From contig JBBIMX010000001.1 of NCBI GenBank assembly GCA_037444165.1, positions 1,026 through 65,025 of the forward strand: DNA of 64,000 nucleotides. The letters are read 5' to 3'. The first letter of the stretch is position 1. Each line of letters starts with the position of its first letter. Below the pieces are notes generated by a model. The model was not told the origin of the DNA and did not search any database. It saw only the letters and a list, made by a program, of their open reading frames with translations. The translations under genes were made by a program, and so were the position numbers. Below are positions 31,902 to 41,962 of the stretch, in pieces. This stretch comes from Deltaproteobacteria bacterium. Its GTDB lineage: Bacteria > Desulfobacterota > BSN033 > UBA1163.

Positions 31902-33053
31902 TCACATCTTTTTGCTAAAACATTTTCCGGGCCATTGAATGATCAACCCTTTCAGTTCTAAATTTAATAGAAGGCTGGAAACTTTTCCAGGATCAAGACC
32001 ACTTTCTCTAATGATCGTATCGATATGCAATGGATTCTCCCCCATTTGTTCATAAATCTGTTTCTCTTCCAGCGTGAGTTCTGGTCCGGAGGGCTCGACC
32101 TCTTCCCCTCTCTCTTTTTCTCTTTTCCATTGAGGAAGAATCTCCTCGAGGATATCTTCGCTCGATTCGACTAATTTAGCACCCTGTCTAATCAAGAGAT
32201 GAGTCCCTCGACTTCCTTTGGCTCCGATATTTCCTGGAACGGCAAAAACCTCTCTTCCTTGCTCCAGGGCGTAATGAGCAGTAATCAAAGACCCACTCTC
32301 CTCACTGGCCTCGACGACGACAACCCCGATCGCGAGTCCACTGATAATCCGATTCCGTTTTGGGAAATGGCTTCCTTCAGGTGGGGAGCCCATCGGGAAC
32401 TCACTGAGTACTGCTCCGTGATCGAGGATCCTCCTGAAAAGAACCCGATTCTCGGAAGGATAGATTCGGTCCACTCCACACCCTAAGACCGCGATCGTCC
32501 TCCCCCCAACGGAAAGAGCACCCAGATGGGCCACGGAATCAATCCCTCTTGCCATTCCACTAATGATGGTTACGCCATGGGAGGCTAATTCCTGACTTAT
32601 CTTCTCCGTAACCCACCTCCCATAGGGGGAAGTTTTTCGACTTCCTACCATCGCCACAGCCAACTCGTCCTCTTTTTTCAATTCTCCTCGCATATAAAGA
32701 ATGGGAGGGGGGTCGTAGATTTCCCTGAGACGTTTGGGGTAATTTTCGTCATTTAAGGTAATGATCTTTCCTCCAACCTCTTCAATTAATGAGAGTTCTC
32801 GATGGATCCTCTCCTCAGATGGACCTTTCAGAATCTCGTTGGCCACCTTTTCATTTAGGCCTTCCACATTTAATAATTCCTTTAAAGAAGCCTGAAACAC
32901 AGCCTCCGGGGTTCTAAATTGATCCAATAACCTTTTGATCAGGACGCTTCCTAATCCGGGAGTTAGGGATAATCCCACCCAATAAAAAAGATCTTGGGGC
33001 ATCGAAGGTCTCTGAGAATTTGGATCTATAAGATATTTAGAATCAAATGACAA
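31902..33053 (-). CDS. dprA: DNA processing protein DprA
   Basis: DprA Rossmann-like core (GMARGIDSVAHLGAL...GRTIAVLGCGVDRIYPSEN); sits directly upstream of topA, as is common. Confidence 0.85.
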   Translation of the reverse strand: MSFDSKYLIDPNSQRPSMPQDLFYWVGLSLTPGLGSVLIKRLLDQFRTPEAVFQASLKELLNVEGLNEKVANEILKGPSEERIHRELSLIEEVGGKIITLNDENYPKRLREIYDPPPILYMRGELKKEDELAVAMVGSRKTSPYGRWVTEKISQELASHGVTIISGMARGIDSVAHLGALSVGGRTIAVLGCGVDRIYPSENRVLFRRILDHGAVLSEFPMGSPPEGSHFPKRNRIISGLAIGVVVVEASEESGSLITAHYALEQGREVFAVPGNIGAKGSRGTHLLIRQGAKLVESSEDILEEILPQWKREKERGEEVEPSGPELTLEEKQIYEQMGENPLHIDTIIRESGLDPGKVSSLLLNLELKGLIIQWPGKCFSKKM

Positions 33054-33116
33054 AAAAGCTTTGAAGACATTTCTGTCTCCAAAGCTTTAAAGAGTTCACC
33101 CAATGAGATTCACCTC

Positions 33117-33911
33117 TTATTGAGTGCTGATCTCCATCCGGTCTTTATCGTAGGGTTGGACCATATCCCCCTTCTCAATATAATCGAAGGCTTCGATAAT
33201 CTTGGCGGTATAAAAATTTCCAAATTGATCAATGATCTGAACATTTCCAGTAATGTTATACTTTCTTCCTACCTTTTTTCGGGTAAGTGGATCATGGACC
33301 ACATCTGATGCCCTGAAAAGGGTATATTTATTCCCAACCGACACCGTCTCTCTGGTTTTGAAGGCCAAATAAGCAATATCGCCTTCAGACATAAGATTCT
33401 TTCCTTCTTTGCTATCTAAGACGACCCCAATTCCAGAATAATGAAGATCTCCGATGAATCCTGCAGACCTCAGCTCAGGAAAACCGACCCTCTTCCTTTC
33501 AGGAGGAGTAGGCGGTTTAGCTTCGACCTTGGGTAAAACTGCAGGTTCTGGTTTTTCTTCCTTAGGAGGGGGCTCGACCTTCTTTTCAACGACCTTTTCA
33601 ATTACTTCTTTAGGTTTCTCTTCAATGACCTTAGGAGGTTCTTCTCTTTTTACCTCTTCAAAGGGGGAGAGACGAATGGGATTTCCTGGATAGATCCAAT
33701 GGGGATTAGTGATATAAGGATTTCTTTGCCACAATTTTGGCCATAAAAATGGGTCCTTTAGAAACCTGCTGGAGATATCCCAAAGTGTATCACCCTTTTT
33801 TATGGTGTAAATCCCTTCTTCCTCCTTTTTCTCCTGTGCGTTCGTTGAAAAGACGACAAAAAAGACGAATACCAAGGTAAAAATAAGAGGGATAAACATC
33901 CATCTCTTCAT
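33117..33911 (-). CDS. LysM domain-containing secreted protein
   Basis: Signal peptide plus a LysM motif ([16 protein letters not shown]), a Pro/Glu/Lys-rich linker and a C-terminal domain. Confidence 0.7.
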   Translation of the reverse strand: MKRWMFIPLIFTLVFVFFVVFSTNAQEKKEEEGIYTIKKGDTLWDISSRFLKDPFLWPKLWQRNPYITNPHWIYPGNPIRLSPFEEVKREEPPKVIEEKPKEVIEKVVEKKVEPPPKEEKPEPAVLPKVEAKPPTPPERKRVGFPELRSAGFIGDLHYSGIGVVLDSKEGKNLMSEGDIAYLAFKTRETVSVGNKYTLFRASDVVHDPLTRKKVGRKYNITGNVQIIDQFGNFYTAKIIEAFDYIEKGDMVQPYDKDRMEISTQ

Positions 33912-34042
33912 CTCTATCTCCTCCTCTTTTCAAGGTTGGTTAAAATAAAATTAGGTTTTACAATTATCTCCAGGCCTAAAATTACGAATTTAAATTGAAG
34001 GTAACAAAAAATCTGTTTATATTTACCCCCTTACCGCTTTTT

Positions 34043-34071
34043 TGTCAAGAAAAATATGTCAACATAATCCC
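34043..34071 (+). promoter_or_regulatory. candidate promoter pair flanking element copy B
   Basis: Plus strand TTGTCA-17nt-TAATCC ends exactly at the 5' edge of copy B. On the minus strand, TTGACA(34038..34033)-17nt-TAAATA(34015..34010) lies upstream of the LysM gene and downstream of copy B. Confidence 0.25.
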
Positions 34072-34170
34072 GCCAGAGGCGGATCCGATTCGGTCGGAAG
34101 TGCGGCTAAGGCCTTCTATGGGTTTCGGACATAGTCCTGTCGCACTTAAATTTATTTCCACCCTCCAGCG
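34071..34170. repeat. conserved roughly 100-nt non-coding element, copy B
   Basis: cgccagaggcggatccgattcggtcggaagtgcggctaaggcc...ttccaccc, the reverse complement of copy A. Contains a conserved hairpin (tccgaNtcggtcgga). Confidence 0.6.
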
Positions 34171-34380
34171 ATGAATGACAGCAATATTTATACCAAATTA
34201 CTTCTCATTTAAATTGTTTCATTATTTTTTAATTTTATTGATTTTTTTGATATTTTTTAAAAAATTCTACTTCTTTCCCCCTCTTAAAAGTGGACAATTT
34301 TTATACAGAATGTCAAAATTTTTGAACAATTCATTAATTTGACAAAGCCATTTCCCTTATGGTATTTCCAACATTAAAAT

Positions 34381-35076
34381 ATGGATATCCCCATTTCTCA
34401 TGATGAAACCTTAGATACCTTCTTCAATGGAAGATTAAAAATCATCCAGAAGAAGAAGGGCTATCGCTTTTCTGTGGATGCCCTTATCCTCAGTGAATTT
34501 GTCCATCTTCGGAAAGGGGAAAGGGTCATTGATCTGGGAACAGGATGTGGAATCCTACCTCTCCTGCTCTCTCAGAGTGCTAAAGCGAAAACCTTTGTGG
34601 GAGTAGAGATTCAAGAAGAATTAGTAGAATGTGCTCGGAAGAATGTCAGATTAAACCGTCTCGAATCCCTCATTACGATTCTTCAGAAGGATTTCAGAGA
34701 ATTAAAGAGCATTTTCCCTTCGGGTTCTTTTGATGTGGTTATTTCCAATCCGCCTTACTGGAAGAATCAAACGGGAAGATTGAACCCTTCCATAGAAAAG
34801 GCTATTGCGAGGCATGAATTGAAGGGAACCCTGGAGGATTTAATTTCAATCTCCTCTTATCTCTTAAAGCACAAGGGAAGGTTCTATCTCATCTTCACGG
34901 CGCAAAGAATAGTGGACCTTTTAGTGGCCTTACGAAAAGAGAATGTGGAACCTAAAAGATTGCAGTTGGTCTATCCTCACCCAAAAGAAGAAGCAAAATT
35001 TGTGCTGGTAGAGGCGATCAAATCAAGCGGGATTGAATTGAAAATGTTGCCCCCCTTGATCCTCGATCTTTCATAA
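34381..35076 (+). CDS. tRNA (adenine-N6)-methyltransferase-like SAM-dependent methyltransferase (TrmN6/YfiC family)
   Basis: SAM motif (VIDLGTGCGILPL) and NPPY motif (VISNPPYW). Confidence 0.7.
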   Translation: MDIPISHDETLDTFFNGRLKIIQKKKGYRFSVDALILSEFVHLRKGERVIDLGTGCGILPLLLSQSAKAKTFVGVEIQEELVECARKNVRLNRLESLITILQKDFRELKSIFPSGSFDVVISNPPYWKNQTGRLNPSIEKAIARHELKGTLEDLISISSYLLKHKGRFYLIFTAQRIVDLLVALRKENVEPKRLQLVYPHPKEEAKFVLVEAIKSSGIELKMLPPLILDLS

Positions 35077-35121
35077 AATTTTTTGACAACTCCTCATAAA
35101 TGGGATAATTAATTTATCAGG

Positions 35122-36141
35122 ATGAAGGGGATTGGAAAACCAATTTTAACATCTGAGGGAACAGGGGCTCTACCCGATTCTATCCTCGAATGGATGAGAG
35201 GGGAATTGGAGAAGGTAGATGAAGAGATTCGAAAGAACTTGAACTCGAATGTTCCTATTATTTCTGCCATTGTCGAACACCTTCTTCAAAGTGGCGGAAA
35301 GAGACTCCGTCCTCTCCTTCTCATTCTCTCTGCAAAGCTCTGTGGGTATCAAGGAAGCGAACATATTTCCATGGCAAGTCTCATCGAATTCATTCATACC
35401 GCAACCCTTCTCCATGATGATGTGGTCGATCACGCCGAGTTAAGAAGGGGGATAGAATCGGCCAATTCGAAATGGGGAAATGAAGCGTGCGTTTTGGTTG
35501 GAGATTTTCTTTTTACAAGAAGTTTTTCTTTGATGGTAGAAAACGGAAATCCCAAAATCCTTCAAACGATCTCTAAGGTTACGACCCTTATGGCTGAAGG
35601 GGAATTGGAAGAACTGATCAAAACCAATGACCTCACCCTTACGGAAGAGGATTACCTCTCGATCATTACCCGAAAGACGGCAGTCCTATTTTCAGCGGCC
35701 AGCCGAATTGGGGCCATTTTAGGAAAGGTGGACGAGGAAAAAGAGAAAGCCCTATCTGATTTTGGCATGGACTTTGGGGTGGCATTTCAATTGATTGACG
35801 ATGCCCTCGACTATACCTCCAGAGAAGAAGAGTTTGGAAAAAGGATAGGGATCGATCTTCAAGATGGGAAAGTAACGCTCCCCTTAATTCATACCCTTCG
35901 ATATTGTAATCCTGAAGAAAAGACCTATATCGAAAAGGTGATAGAATCAGACCCGATCGAGAAGACATCCTTCCTTCACGTGGTCAGGATCATTGAGAAG
36001 TATAAAGGTCTTGATTATACTTATCAAAGGGCAAGGCAATACATTGAAAAGGCGAAGAAGGATCTTCTCCCTTTTTCATCCTCAGCGGAAAAGGAGGCGC
36101 TTCTCCTTCTTTCTGACTATGTCCTTGAGAGAAAATTATAG
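35122..36141 (+). CDS. ispB: polyprenyl diphosphate synthase (octaprenyl/heptaprenyl, IspB-like)
   Basis: First DDxxD motif (LLHDDVVDH) and second (LIDDALDY). Confidence 0.85.
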   Translation: MKGIGKPILTSEGTGALPDSILEWMRGELEKVDEEIRKNLNSNVPIISAIVEHLLQSGGKRLRPLLLILSAKLCGYQGSEHISMASLIEFIHTATLLHDDVVDHAELRRGIESANSKWGNEACVLVGDFLFTRSFSLMVENGNPKILQTISKVTTLMAEGELEELIKTNDLTLTEEDYLSIITRKTAVLFSAASRIGAILGKVDEEKEKALSDFGMDFGVAFQLIDDALDYTSREEEFGKRIGIDLQDGKVTLPLIHTLRYCNPEEKTYIEKVIESDPIEKTSFLHVVRIIEKYKGLDYTYQRARQYIEKAKKDLLPFSSSAEKEALLLLSDYVLERKL

Positions 36142-36489
36142 ATGAAGGAGTCAAAAATGGATCCCAAATCAAGTTTAATCCATGTGAATGACCATAATTT
36201 TTCTTCGGAAGTCCTTCAATCGGATATTCCTGTATTGGTGGACTTCTGGGCTACCTGGTGTGGCCCTTGTCAGGCCATCAGTCCTATTGTGGAAGAGCTT
36301 GCCAAGGAATTCCTTGGAAGGATTAAGGTCGCCAAGTTAAATGTGGATGAAAATCCCATCACTCCAAGCCAATATGGAATTCGGGGAATTCCTACACTCA
36401 TTCTTTTTAAAGAGGGAAAGATTTTCGATCAGATCATAGGGTCGGTACCCAAATCCCGTCTGAAGGCAATGCTTGAAAAAGCCCTTTAA
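36142..36489 (+). CDS. trxA: thioredoxin
   Basis: WATWCGPCQ active site in a roughly 110-aa protein. Confidence 0.9.
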   Translation: MKESKMDPKSSLIHVNDHNFSSEVLQSDIPVLVDFWATWCGPCQAISPIVEELAKEFLGRIKVAKLNVDENPITPSQYGIRGIPTLILFKEGKIFDQIIGSVPKSRLKAMLEKAL

Positions 36490-36501
36490 TATTTCAATCC
36501 C

Positions 36502-37026
36502 ATGGCGAAAAAGCATAACGATCTTCTCCATCTCCGTATAGGTTGGGTCTTATTAGTCTTTTTTCTTCTATTTTCAAATTGCTCAAAGAAGCCTGTAGAA
36601 TCATCCCTGGCACCCGATTTTTCCTTAAAAACACTCCGCGACGAGCAGATCACCCTTTCGGCTTTGAGGGGAAAGGTGGTGCTTCTCGATTTCTGGGCTA
36701 CCTGGTGTAGCCCCTGCAAGGAGTCAATCCCCCATCTCATTCAAATTCACAAGGATTTCCAAGCAAAGGGGTTTGAGGTGATTGGTCTGAGCATGGATCG
36801 GGGGGATGAGAGAATCGTTCGCAATTTTATAAATACGATGAATATCCCCTATCCCGTCCTGATTGCCCCAGATGATCTGGCCAAGAGGTATGGAGTGAAA
36901 GGACTTCCTACCACCTTTTTGATCGATAGAGAAGGAAAAATTCGAGAAAAAATCGTTGGATTCAATATCTCTATTGCCCAAAAGATGGTGGGTAAAATCT
37001 CCCAGCTCCTCTCGGAAACACCCTGA
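36502..37026 (+). CDS. TlpA/ResA-like thiol-disulfide oxidoreductase (secreted or lipoprotein)
   Basis: N-terminal hydrophobic signal and a WATWCSPCK thioredoxin-fold motif. Confidence 0.8.
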   Translation: MAKKHNDLLHLRIGWVLLVFFLLFSNCSKKPVESSLAPDFSLKTLRDEQITLSALRGKVVLLDFWATWCSPCKESIPHLIQIHKDFQAKGFEVIGLSMDRGDERIVRNFINTMNIPYPVLIAPDDLAKRYGVKGLPTTFLIDREGKIREKIVGFNISIAQKMVGKISQLLSETP

Positions 37027-37031
37027 GAGGG

Positions 37032-37634
37032 TTATCTCTTTTTCTCTCCCCCTTCCCGATGAAATACTCGAAGATATCCCTCGATGACCTTTTGGGGATC
37101 TAAATTGAGGAGTTTTGCATAAGCCTTCAGGAACCCTTTTAAATAGACTAAAGGAGGAAGGTTAGGGAGATCTTCTTCTTCGATGGCTTGAAGAATTTTT
37201 ATATGAATCTTTGTCTCTTCGGAGATCGATTTAAGATCGATCCCCAATCGCTCTCGAACCTCTTTCAAACTCTTTCCCCTATATTCCATCTCCTCCAGAT
37301 GAAGAGCTATCTCCTTAAAAGAAAGGGTCGTCCCCTTTTCCTCCTCTCTTTCAACCCTTCGTGATTCCTCTTTTACAAAGGTTCCTCTTATTCTCTCTCG
37401 ATGGGTTTGGTCATACTCCTTCCGGGTAGCCTCGTTCATAAGAACTCGGTAGGCCTCTTCGATGGCTTCCTGAATCTCTTGGATTTCCTCGTTTGAAAAA
37501 AGGGTGTAGATCGCTATGGAATCGTGACGAAAGGCCTCCTTGGCACGGTCGTAGGCCTTCTGAATCTCCTTCGGAGTGGCCTCCGGATTTATCTCTAAGA
37601 TTTCATAATAGGTCTGCTCATTAATCCACTTCAT
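37032..37634 (-). CDS. degenerate J-domain-like plus RodZ-type HTH (HTH_25) protein
   Basis: Start placed at MKWINEQTYYEILEI..KAYDRAKEAFRHD (J-like, with HPD replaced by RHD). The C-terminus (LSFKEIALHLEEM...LKSISEETKIHIKILQAIEEEDLPNLPPLVYLKGFLKAYAKLLNLD) matches the RodZ N-terminal HTH pattern. It starts 4 nt after the upstream gene's stop. Confidence 0.5.
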   Translation of the reverse strand: MKWINEQTYYEILEINPEATPKEIQKAYDRAKEAFRHDSIAIYTLFSNEEIQEIQEAIEEAYRVLMNEATRKEYDQTHRERIRGTFVKEESRRVEREEEKGTTLSFKEIALHLEEMEYRGKSLKEVRERLGIDLKSISEETKIHIKILQAIEEEDLPNLPPLVYLKGFLKAYAKLLNLDPQKVIEGYLRVFHREGGEKKR

Positions 37635-37638
37635 TTCT

Positions 37639-38577
37639 CTATTCCATGGGAGAAGCTCGCGTTTGGGATTGAAGCAATTTGGAGGCGATTTCGGAGATAC
37701 ATTGAGATGCTCTGCACCGTTCATTCTCAAGAATGAGGGGACGCCTTTTCCGAATGGAACTCCCAACCTCTTGATCATAAACGACATAGCCCAGGTAATG
37801 GAGATGGATCCCGAAATACTTCTGACAGGCACTTCGAATGAAAAAGCCCATCTCGATATCCCTTTTGGACTGAACCTGATTGAGGATGAGATTGGGACGG
37901 AAAGCTTCTGTCTCTTCCATCATCCGATTCGCATCCTCTAAATTAAGCCTCTTTGCTTCTCGAAAAAGTTCATAGGGATTACGGATTCCTGACTCATTCT
38001 TTCCATTCATCGCTTGATCAATCAAGGATTTTACCGATTGAGAGGAGACAGACTGTCGAAGCCTCCTATAGAAGGCACTTTTTAAAAAACGATAGGTATT
38101 TTCGACCGAGGTGGGCTCCGGAGTGACGACCAAGATTCCCCCATCCGACATCAGAAAGAAGTCCAGGATACTCGCCGCATTACCCCCGCCTAAGTCCACA
38201 ATGATACAGTCTCCACCCAGGCTTCGAATCGCCCGAAGAAGCTTCCTTCTTTGAAGGCTCTTCACGTCTGCTGAATTAAGGAGATCCTGTGTCCCCGTAA
38301 GGAGTCGAAGGTTAGAAATTCCAGAAGGGATAAGGACATCGTGAAGATTTTGGACTTTCTTTTGAATAAAGTCAGAGAGGGAAGGGAAAGGAGGAGGAAT
38401 TCCCAAAAGGGTGTGGAGGTTTGCTCCCCCTAAATCCGCATCGACCAGAATGACCTGGACACCCAATTTTGAAAGACAGATTCCTATATTGGCCGCAAGG
38501 AAACTCTTTCCGCTGCCCCCTTTACCTCCCCCAATCGTCCAGAGGGTCTGTTGGTGATTCATTGGAGAGGAATTCAT
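37639..38577 (-). CDS. MinD/ParA-family P-loop ATPase
   Basis: Deviant Walker A (GGGKGGSGKS), Walker B (LVDAD) and VTPEPTS motifs. The N-terminal extent is uncertain: the longest ORF overlaps the upstream gene. Confidence 0.7.
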   Translation of the reverse strand: MNSSPMNHQQTLWTIGGGKGGSGKSFLAANIGICLSKLGVQVILVDADLGGANLHTLLGIPPPFPSLSDFIQKKVQNLHDVLIPSGISNLRLLTGTQDLLNSADVKSLQRRKLLRAIRSLGGDCIIVDLGGGNAASILDFFLMSDGGILVVTPEPTSVENTYRFLKSAFYRRLRQSVSSQSVKSLIDQAMNGKNESGIRNPYELFREAKRLNLEDANRMMEETEAFRPNLILNQVQSKRDIEMGFFIRSACQKYFGIHLHYLGYVVYDQEVGSSIRKRRPLILENERCRASQCISEIASKLLQSQTRASPME

Positions 38578-38596
38578 CTCAGAGTTTCTCCCCGGA

Positions 38597-39607
38597 TCAT
38601 CCCCAAATGCCATCAATGGGAGTATGACAATAGCGGCATACTCCTTTAATGACCTCATTCTTTAAGATTCGAAATCCAATCCTCTCGATGATCTTTTGAC
38701 CGCACTGAGGACAGTAAGTATCCTCTCCCTCCTCCCCCGGGATATTTCCGCAATAAACATAGCGAAGTCCCACCCCCATTCCGATCTTCCTTGCTCGATG
38801 AAGGGTTGAAGCAGGCGTTCTTGGAAGATGAACCATCCGATAGGTTGGATAGAAAGCAGAAATATGCCAGGGGACTTCTGCCCCTAAGGAAAGAATAAAC
38901 CTCGCGATCTGTTCAAACTCCTCGTCCGAATCATTTAAGGTAGGAATGACGAGGGTGGTCACCTCGACCCAGATCCCCAGTTCCCTCATCCATCTCAAGT
39001 TATCGAGAACGGGCTGAAGGGAAGCCCTGCAGACTTCCTTGTAAAATTTCTCTTGAAAACTCTTCAAATCCACATTGGCTGCATCCAGGTAAGGGTGAAT
39101 CGTCTGAAGGGCATCTTTAGACATATAGCCGTTGGTCACAAAGATATTTTTGATCCCTTTCTCCTTGGCCAGAATTGAGGTCTCGTAAGCATATTCAAAA
39201 TAGATGGTAGGTTCGGTATAGGTGTAGGAGATGGACTGGCATCGATACTGCTCAGCCAAGGAGACAATTCGAGCAGGTGGGACGGAAGAGCCTTCGATGC
39301 GTTTCTCATCGATGGGCATCTGAGAAATTTCATGATTCTGACATTGAAGGCACCGAAAATTACATCCTACCGTGGCTATTGAAAAAGAGCTCGATCCAGG
39401 AAGAAGATGGAAAATAGGTTTCTTCTCGATAGGATCCACATTCATAGAAATGGCCCGTCCATAAACCAGACTATAGAGTTTTCCTTCTCGATTCTCTCTG
39501 ACCCCACACACCCCTTTCTTTGAAGGGGAGATATGGCAGTGATGGTGGCACAGATAACATTCCACTCTTCCTTCTTCTAAGGGTCGGTAAAACATGGCTT
39601 CCTTCAT
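38597..39607 (-). CDS. PflA-like radical SAM enzyme, AmmeMemoRadiSam-type
   Basis: N-terminal Cys-rich segment (CYLCHHHCHISPSKKGVCGV) followed by a CX3CX2C motif (GCNFRCLQC); 336 aa. Confidence 0.55.
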   Translation of the reverse strand: MKEAMFYRPLEEGRVECYLCHHHCHISPSKKGVCGVRENREGKLYSLVYGRAISMNVDPIEKKPIFHLLPGSSSFSIATVGCNFRCLQCQNHEISQMPIDEKRIEGSSVPPARIVSLAEQYRCQSISYTYTEPTIYFEYAYETSILAKEKGIKNIFVTNGYMSKDALQTIHPYLDAANVDLKSFQEKFYKEVCRASLQPVLDNLRWMRELGIWVEVTTLVIPTLNDSDEEFEQIARFILSLGAEVPWHISAFYPTYRMVHLPRTPASTLHRARKIGMGVGLRYVYCGNIPGEEGEDTYCPQCGQKIIERIGFRILKNEVIKGVCRYCHTPIDGIWG

Positions 39608-39637
39608 GATTTCTTCCTTTGAGGAATAAACAGGTCT

Positions 39638-40816
39638 CTATAGATCAAAATAGGGTAGTTGCTTAAGGACATACTCCCTGATGGCCTGGGGGGTCGGAAG
39701 ATCCCAAAGGACCCGTTTCTTCTCAATCAATGGAATGAGGAGATCCTGCAAGCGCCCTCCACAGGAGCATCGCTCAGCCCGACGGATAGACCGACCTCGA
39801 TGTGATTTGAAAGGAATCATCCTATCCTGAAAACAGTTAGAACATCGGAGAACCCTCTTGGAACCTGACATCTTCCCCCTCTTGGCAATTGGCTTCCCAT
39901 CGATCTCAATGATGTCCATTGCAAAATCGATCACCCGAGCATTGGTGATCGAGGTCCCAACTCCATAGGCATCCACTACCGGATTAAGACTCAAAATCCT
40001 CTTTTCATCCAACCCACCACTGACAAAGATCTTCACATGGCCGTAACCACGAAGATTGAGTTCCCATCGGATCTCCTCGATGATCTTCTGAAAGTCTCCC
40101 CGCCTGGAACTGGGAGTGTCCAGCCTGACCCCGTATAGCCTCTTTCCTAACGCTTCAGCCACCCTGATCGCCTCTATCTTCTCATCGTTAAAAGTATCGA
40201 TTAAAGAAACCCTCTTAACCTTTGGATCAATCACCTCGTCAAAAGCCTTGGTGGCCTCTACCGTATCCCCAAAAAGAAGAATCAAGGCATGGGGCATCGT
40301 CCCCGAAGGTTCCTCATTAAGCATCTCGGCATCCTTAACTACCGATACCCCATCACATCCGCCGATAAAGGCATTCCTTTCCACCATCGGAGCAATGACC
40401 GGATGAATTCGTCTGGCCCCGAAACTGATCACCCTCCGATCCCCGGCCGCCTTTTTACAACGAGCAGCCTTTGTGGCCACCCCAGAGGCCTGACAGAGAA
40501 GACCTAGAATTGAGGTTTCATAGAGTCCAAATTCGGTGTATCTCCCTTCAATCTCCATCACTGGTTCGTAGGTTCGAAAGATGGTGCCCTCCCTCATTGC
40601 CCTCACGTTCACATCAAGGTCTTTAAGGAGGTAGATGGCCTCTTCGATACCGGCCAGAACCCCCCATCCATAATCTTCAGGAAATCGCTTGGCGATAAAT
40701 TCGGCTTTTACCCATCGATCAATCTTCTTTGCCCGAAGGACCTCCATTGTTCTTGAAAAATAGACATCGGTATACTTTCCATCTTTAATATCCTTGGGAT
40801 CGGCAATATGAAACAT
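39638..40816 (-). CDS. pncB: nicotinate phosphoribosyltransferase (archaeal/short type) with a C-terminal zinc ribbon
   Basis: YTDVYFSRT N-terminus and NAPRTase barrel motifs; C-terminal CSNC...CSCG extension. Confidence 0.6.
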   Translation of the reverse strand: MFHIADPKDIKDGKYTDVYFSRTMEVLRAKKIDRWVKAEFIAKRFPEDYGWGVLAGIEEAIYLLKDLDVNVRAMREGTIFRTYEPVMEIEGRYTEFGLYETSILGLLCQASGVATKAARCKKAAGDRRVISFGARRIHPVIAPMVERNAFIGGCDGVSVVKDAEMLNEEPSGTMPHALILLFGDTVEATKAFDEVIDPKVKRVSLIDTFNDEKIEAIRVAEALGKRLYGVRLDTPSSRRGDFQKIIEEIRWELNLRGYGHVKIFVSGGLDEKRILSLNPVVDAYGVGTSITNARVIDFAMDIIEIDGKPIAKRGKMSGSKRVLRCSNCFQDRMIPFKSHRGRSIRRAERCSCGGRLQDLLIPLIEKKRVLWDLPTPQAIREYVLKQLPYFDL

Positions 40817-41003
40817 TGTTTCTTCTCCACCAAAAAGATTTTAATTTATCATTATATAGCAGAAATTGACCTTCTCTGTCCACAAAAATGTTCGCTCAAA
40901 GGGACTCCTCACTCAATTGGGGGAAGGGGCCGAGAGGGTCTACAAGGGATGACTGCACTCTAAGAGTTGATTTTTATTTCTAATATATGCAAGGATTAAA
41001 TGA

Positions 41004-41957
41004 ATGAAGAACATCGAGATTCAAGGCTACTTATATATTTTAATCGGGGCAACCCTTTGGGGTATCTCCAGTGTTATTGCAAAGGCCCTTTTTAATACTG
41101 GTCTTCCCCCTGCTGAACTTGTCCTTGTCCGATTAACCCTGGCTACCCTCATCCTCCTACTGGTTCTTCTTCTAAGAAATCCTAAGAAGCTATTCATCTC
41201 CCTTACGGACCTTCCCTACTTTATGATTTTAGGAGGAATTGGAGTCACAGGAATGCAGTTCTTTTACTACTATACAATCAGTCAGATCCATGTGGGACCG
41301 GCCATCCTCCTTCAATATCTTCAACCCATCTGGGTCTCTCTCTATGCCTTTCTTTTTCAACGAGAACCGATCAATCGGTCAAAGATGATCGCACTCTTTT
41401 TGGCAGTTGGGGGATGCTATCTTGTGGTGGGAGGTTACCGGATGGACCTTCTCCTGCTAAATCGAGTGGGGATTTTTAGTGGTCTGATCGCTTCGTTCTT
41501 CTTCACCTTTTATGCTCTGTATGGGGAAAAAGGACTAAAAAAATACGACCCGTGGACCCTTCTCCTTTATGGGTTTGGGTTTAGTGCTTTGTGCTATCTT
41601 TTTTATATTTCTCCCGTGAAAATTATCCGTGATAGCCATCCCCTGAGGGTCTGGATGGCCTTTCTCTATATCGCCATCTTTTCCACCCTTCTTCCTTTTG
41701 GCTTCTATTTCAAAGGGATCGAACGAATCAGAGCCACGCGAGCAAGTATTACCGCTACTTGGGAACCTGTGGTTGCAGGGTTTACTGCCTATTTTTTCCT
41801 CGGAGAGGTCCTCTCCCCTTTACAGGTCTTGGGGGGTTTTTCAGTGATCTCGGCCCTCATCCTCCTCCAAATGGCTAAAGAGAAGAGCTCGATAAGCACT
41901 CCTATCGAGCTTCGCCAAACCCTTTCTCCTCCACCTTCCTCCAAAGAAGAGAGGTAA
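41004..41957 (+). CDS. EamA/DMT-family transporter
   Basis: 317 aa, about 10 predicted TM helices, two EamA-type repeats. Confidence 0.75.
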   Translation: MKNIEIQGYLYILIGATLWGISSVIAKALFNTGLPPAELVLVRLTLATLILLLVLLLRNPKKLFISLTDLPYFMILGGIGVTGMQFFYYYTISQIHVGPAILLQYLQPIWVSLYAFLFQREPINRSKMIALFLAVGGCYLVVGGYRMDLLLLNRVGIFSGLIASFFFTFYALYGEKGLKKYDPWTLLLYGFGFSALCYLFYISPVKIIRDSHPLRVWMAFLYIAIFSTLLPFGFYFKGIERIRATRASITATWEPVVAGFTAYFFLGEVLSPLQVLGGFSVISALILLQMAKEKSSISTPIELRQTLSPPPSSKEER

Positions 41958-41962
41958 AAGGG

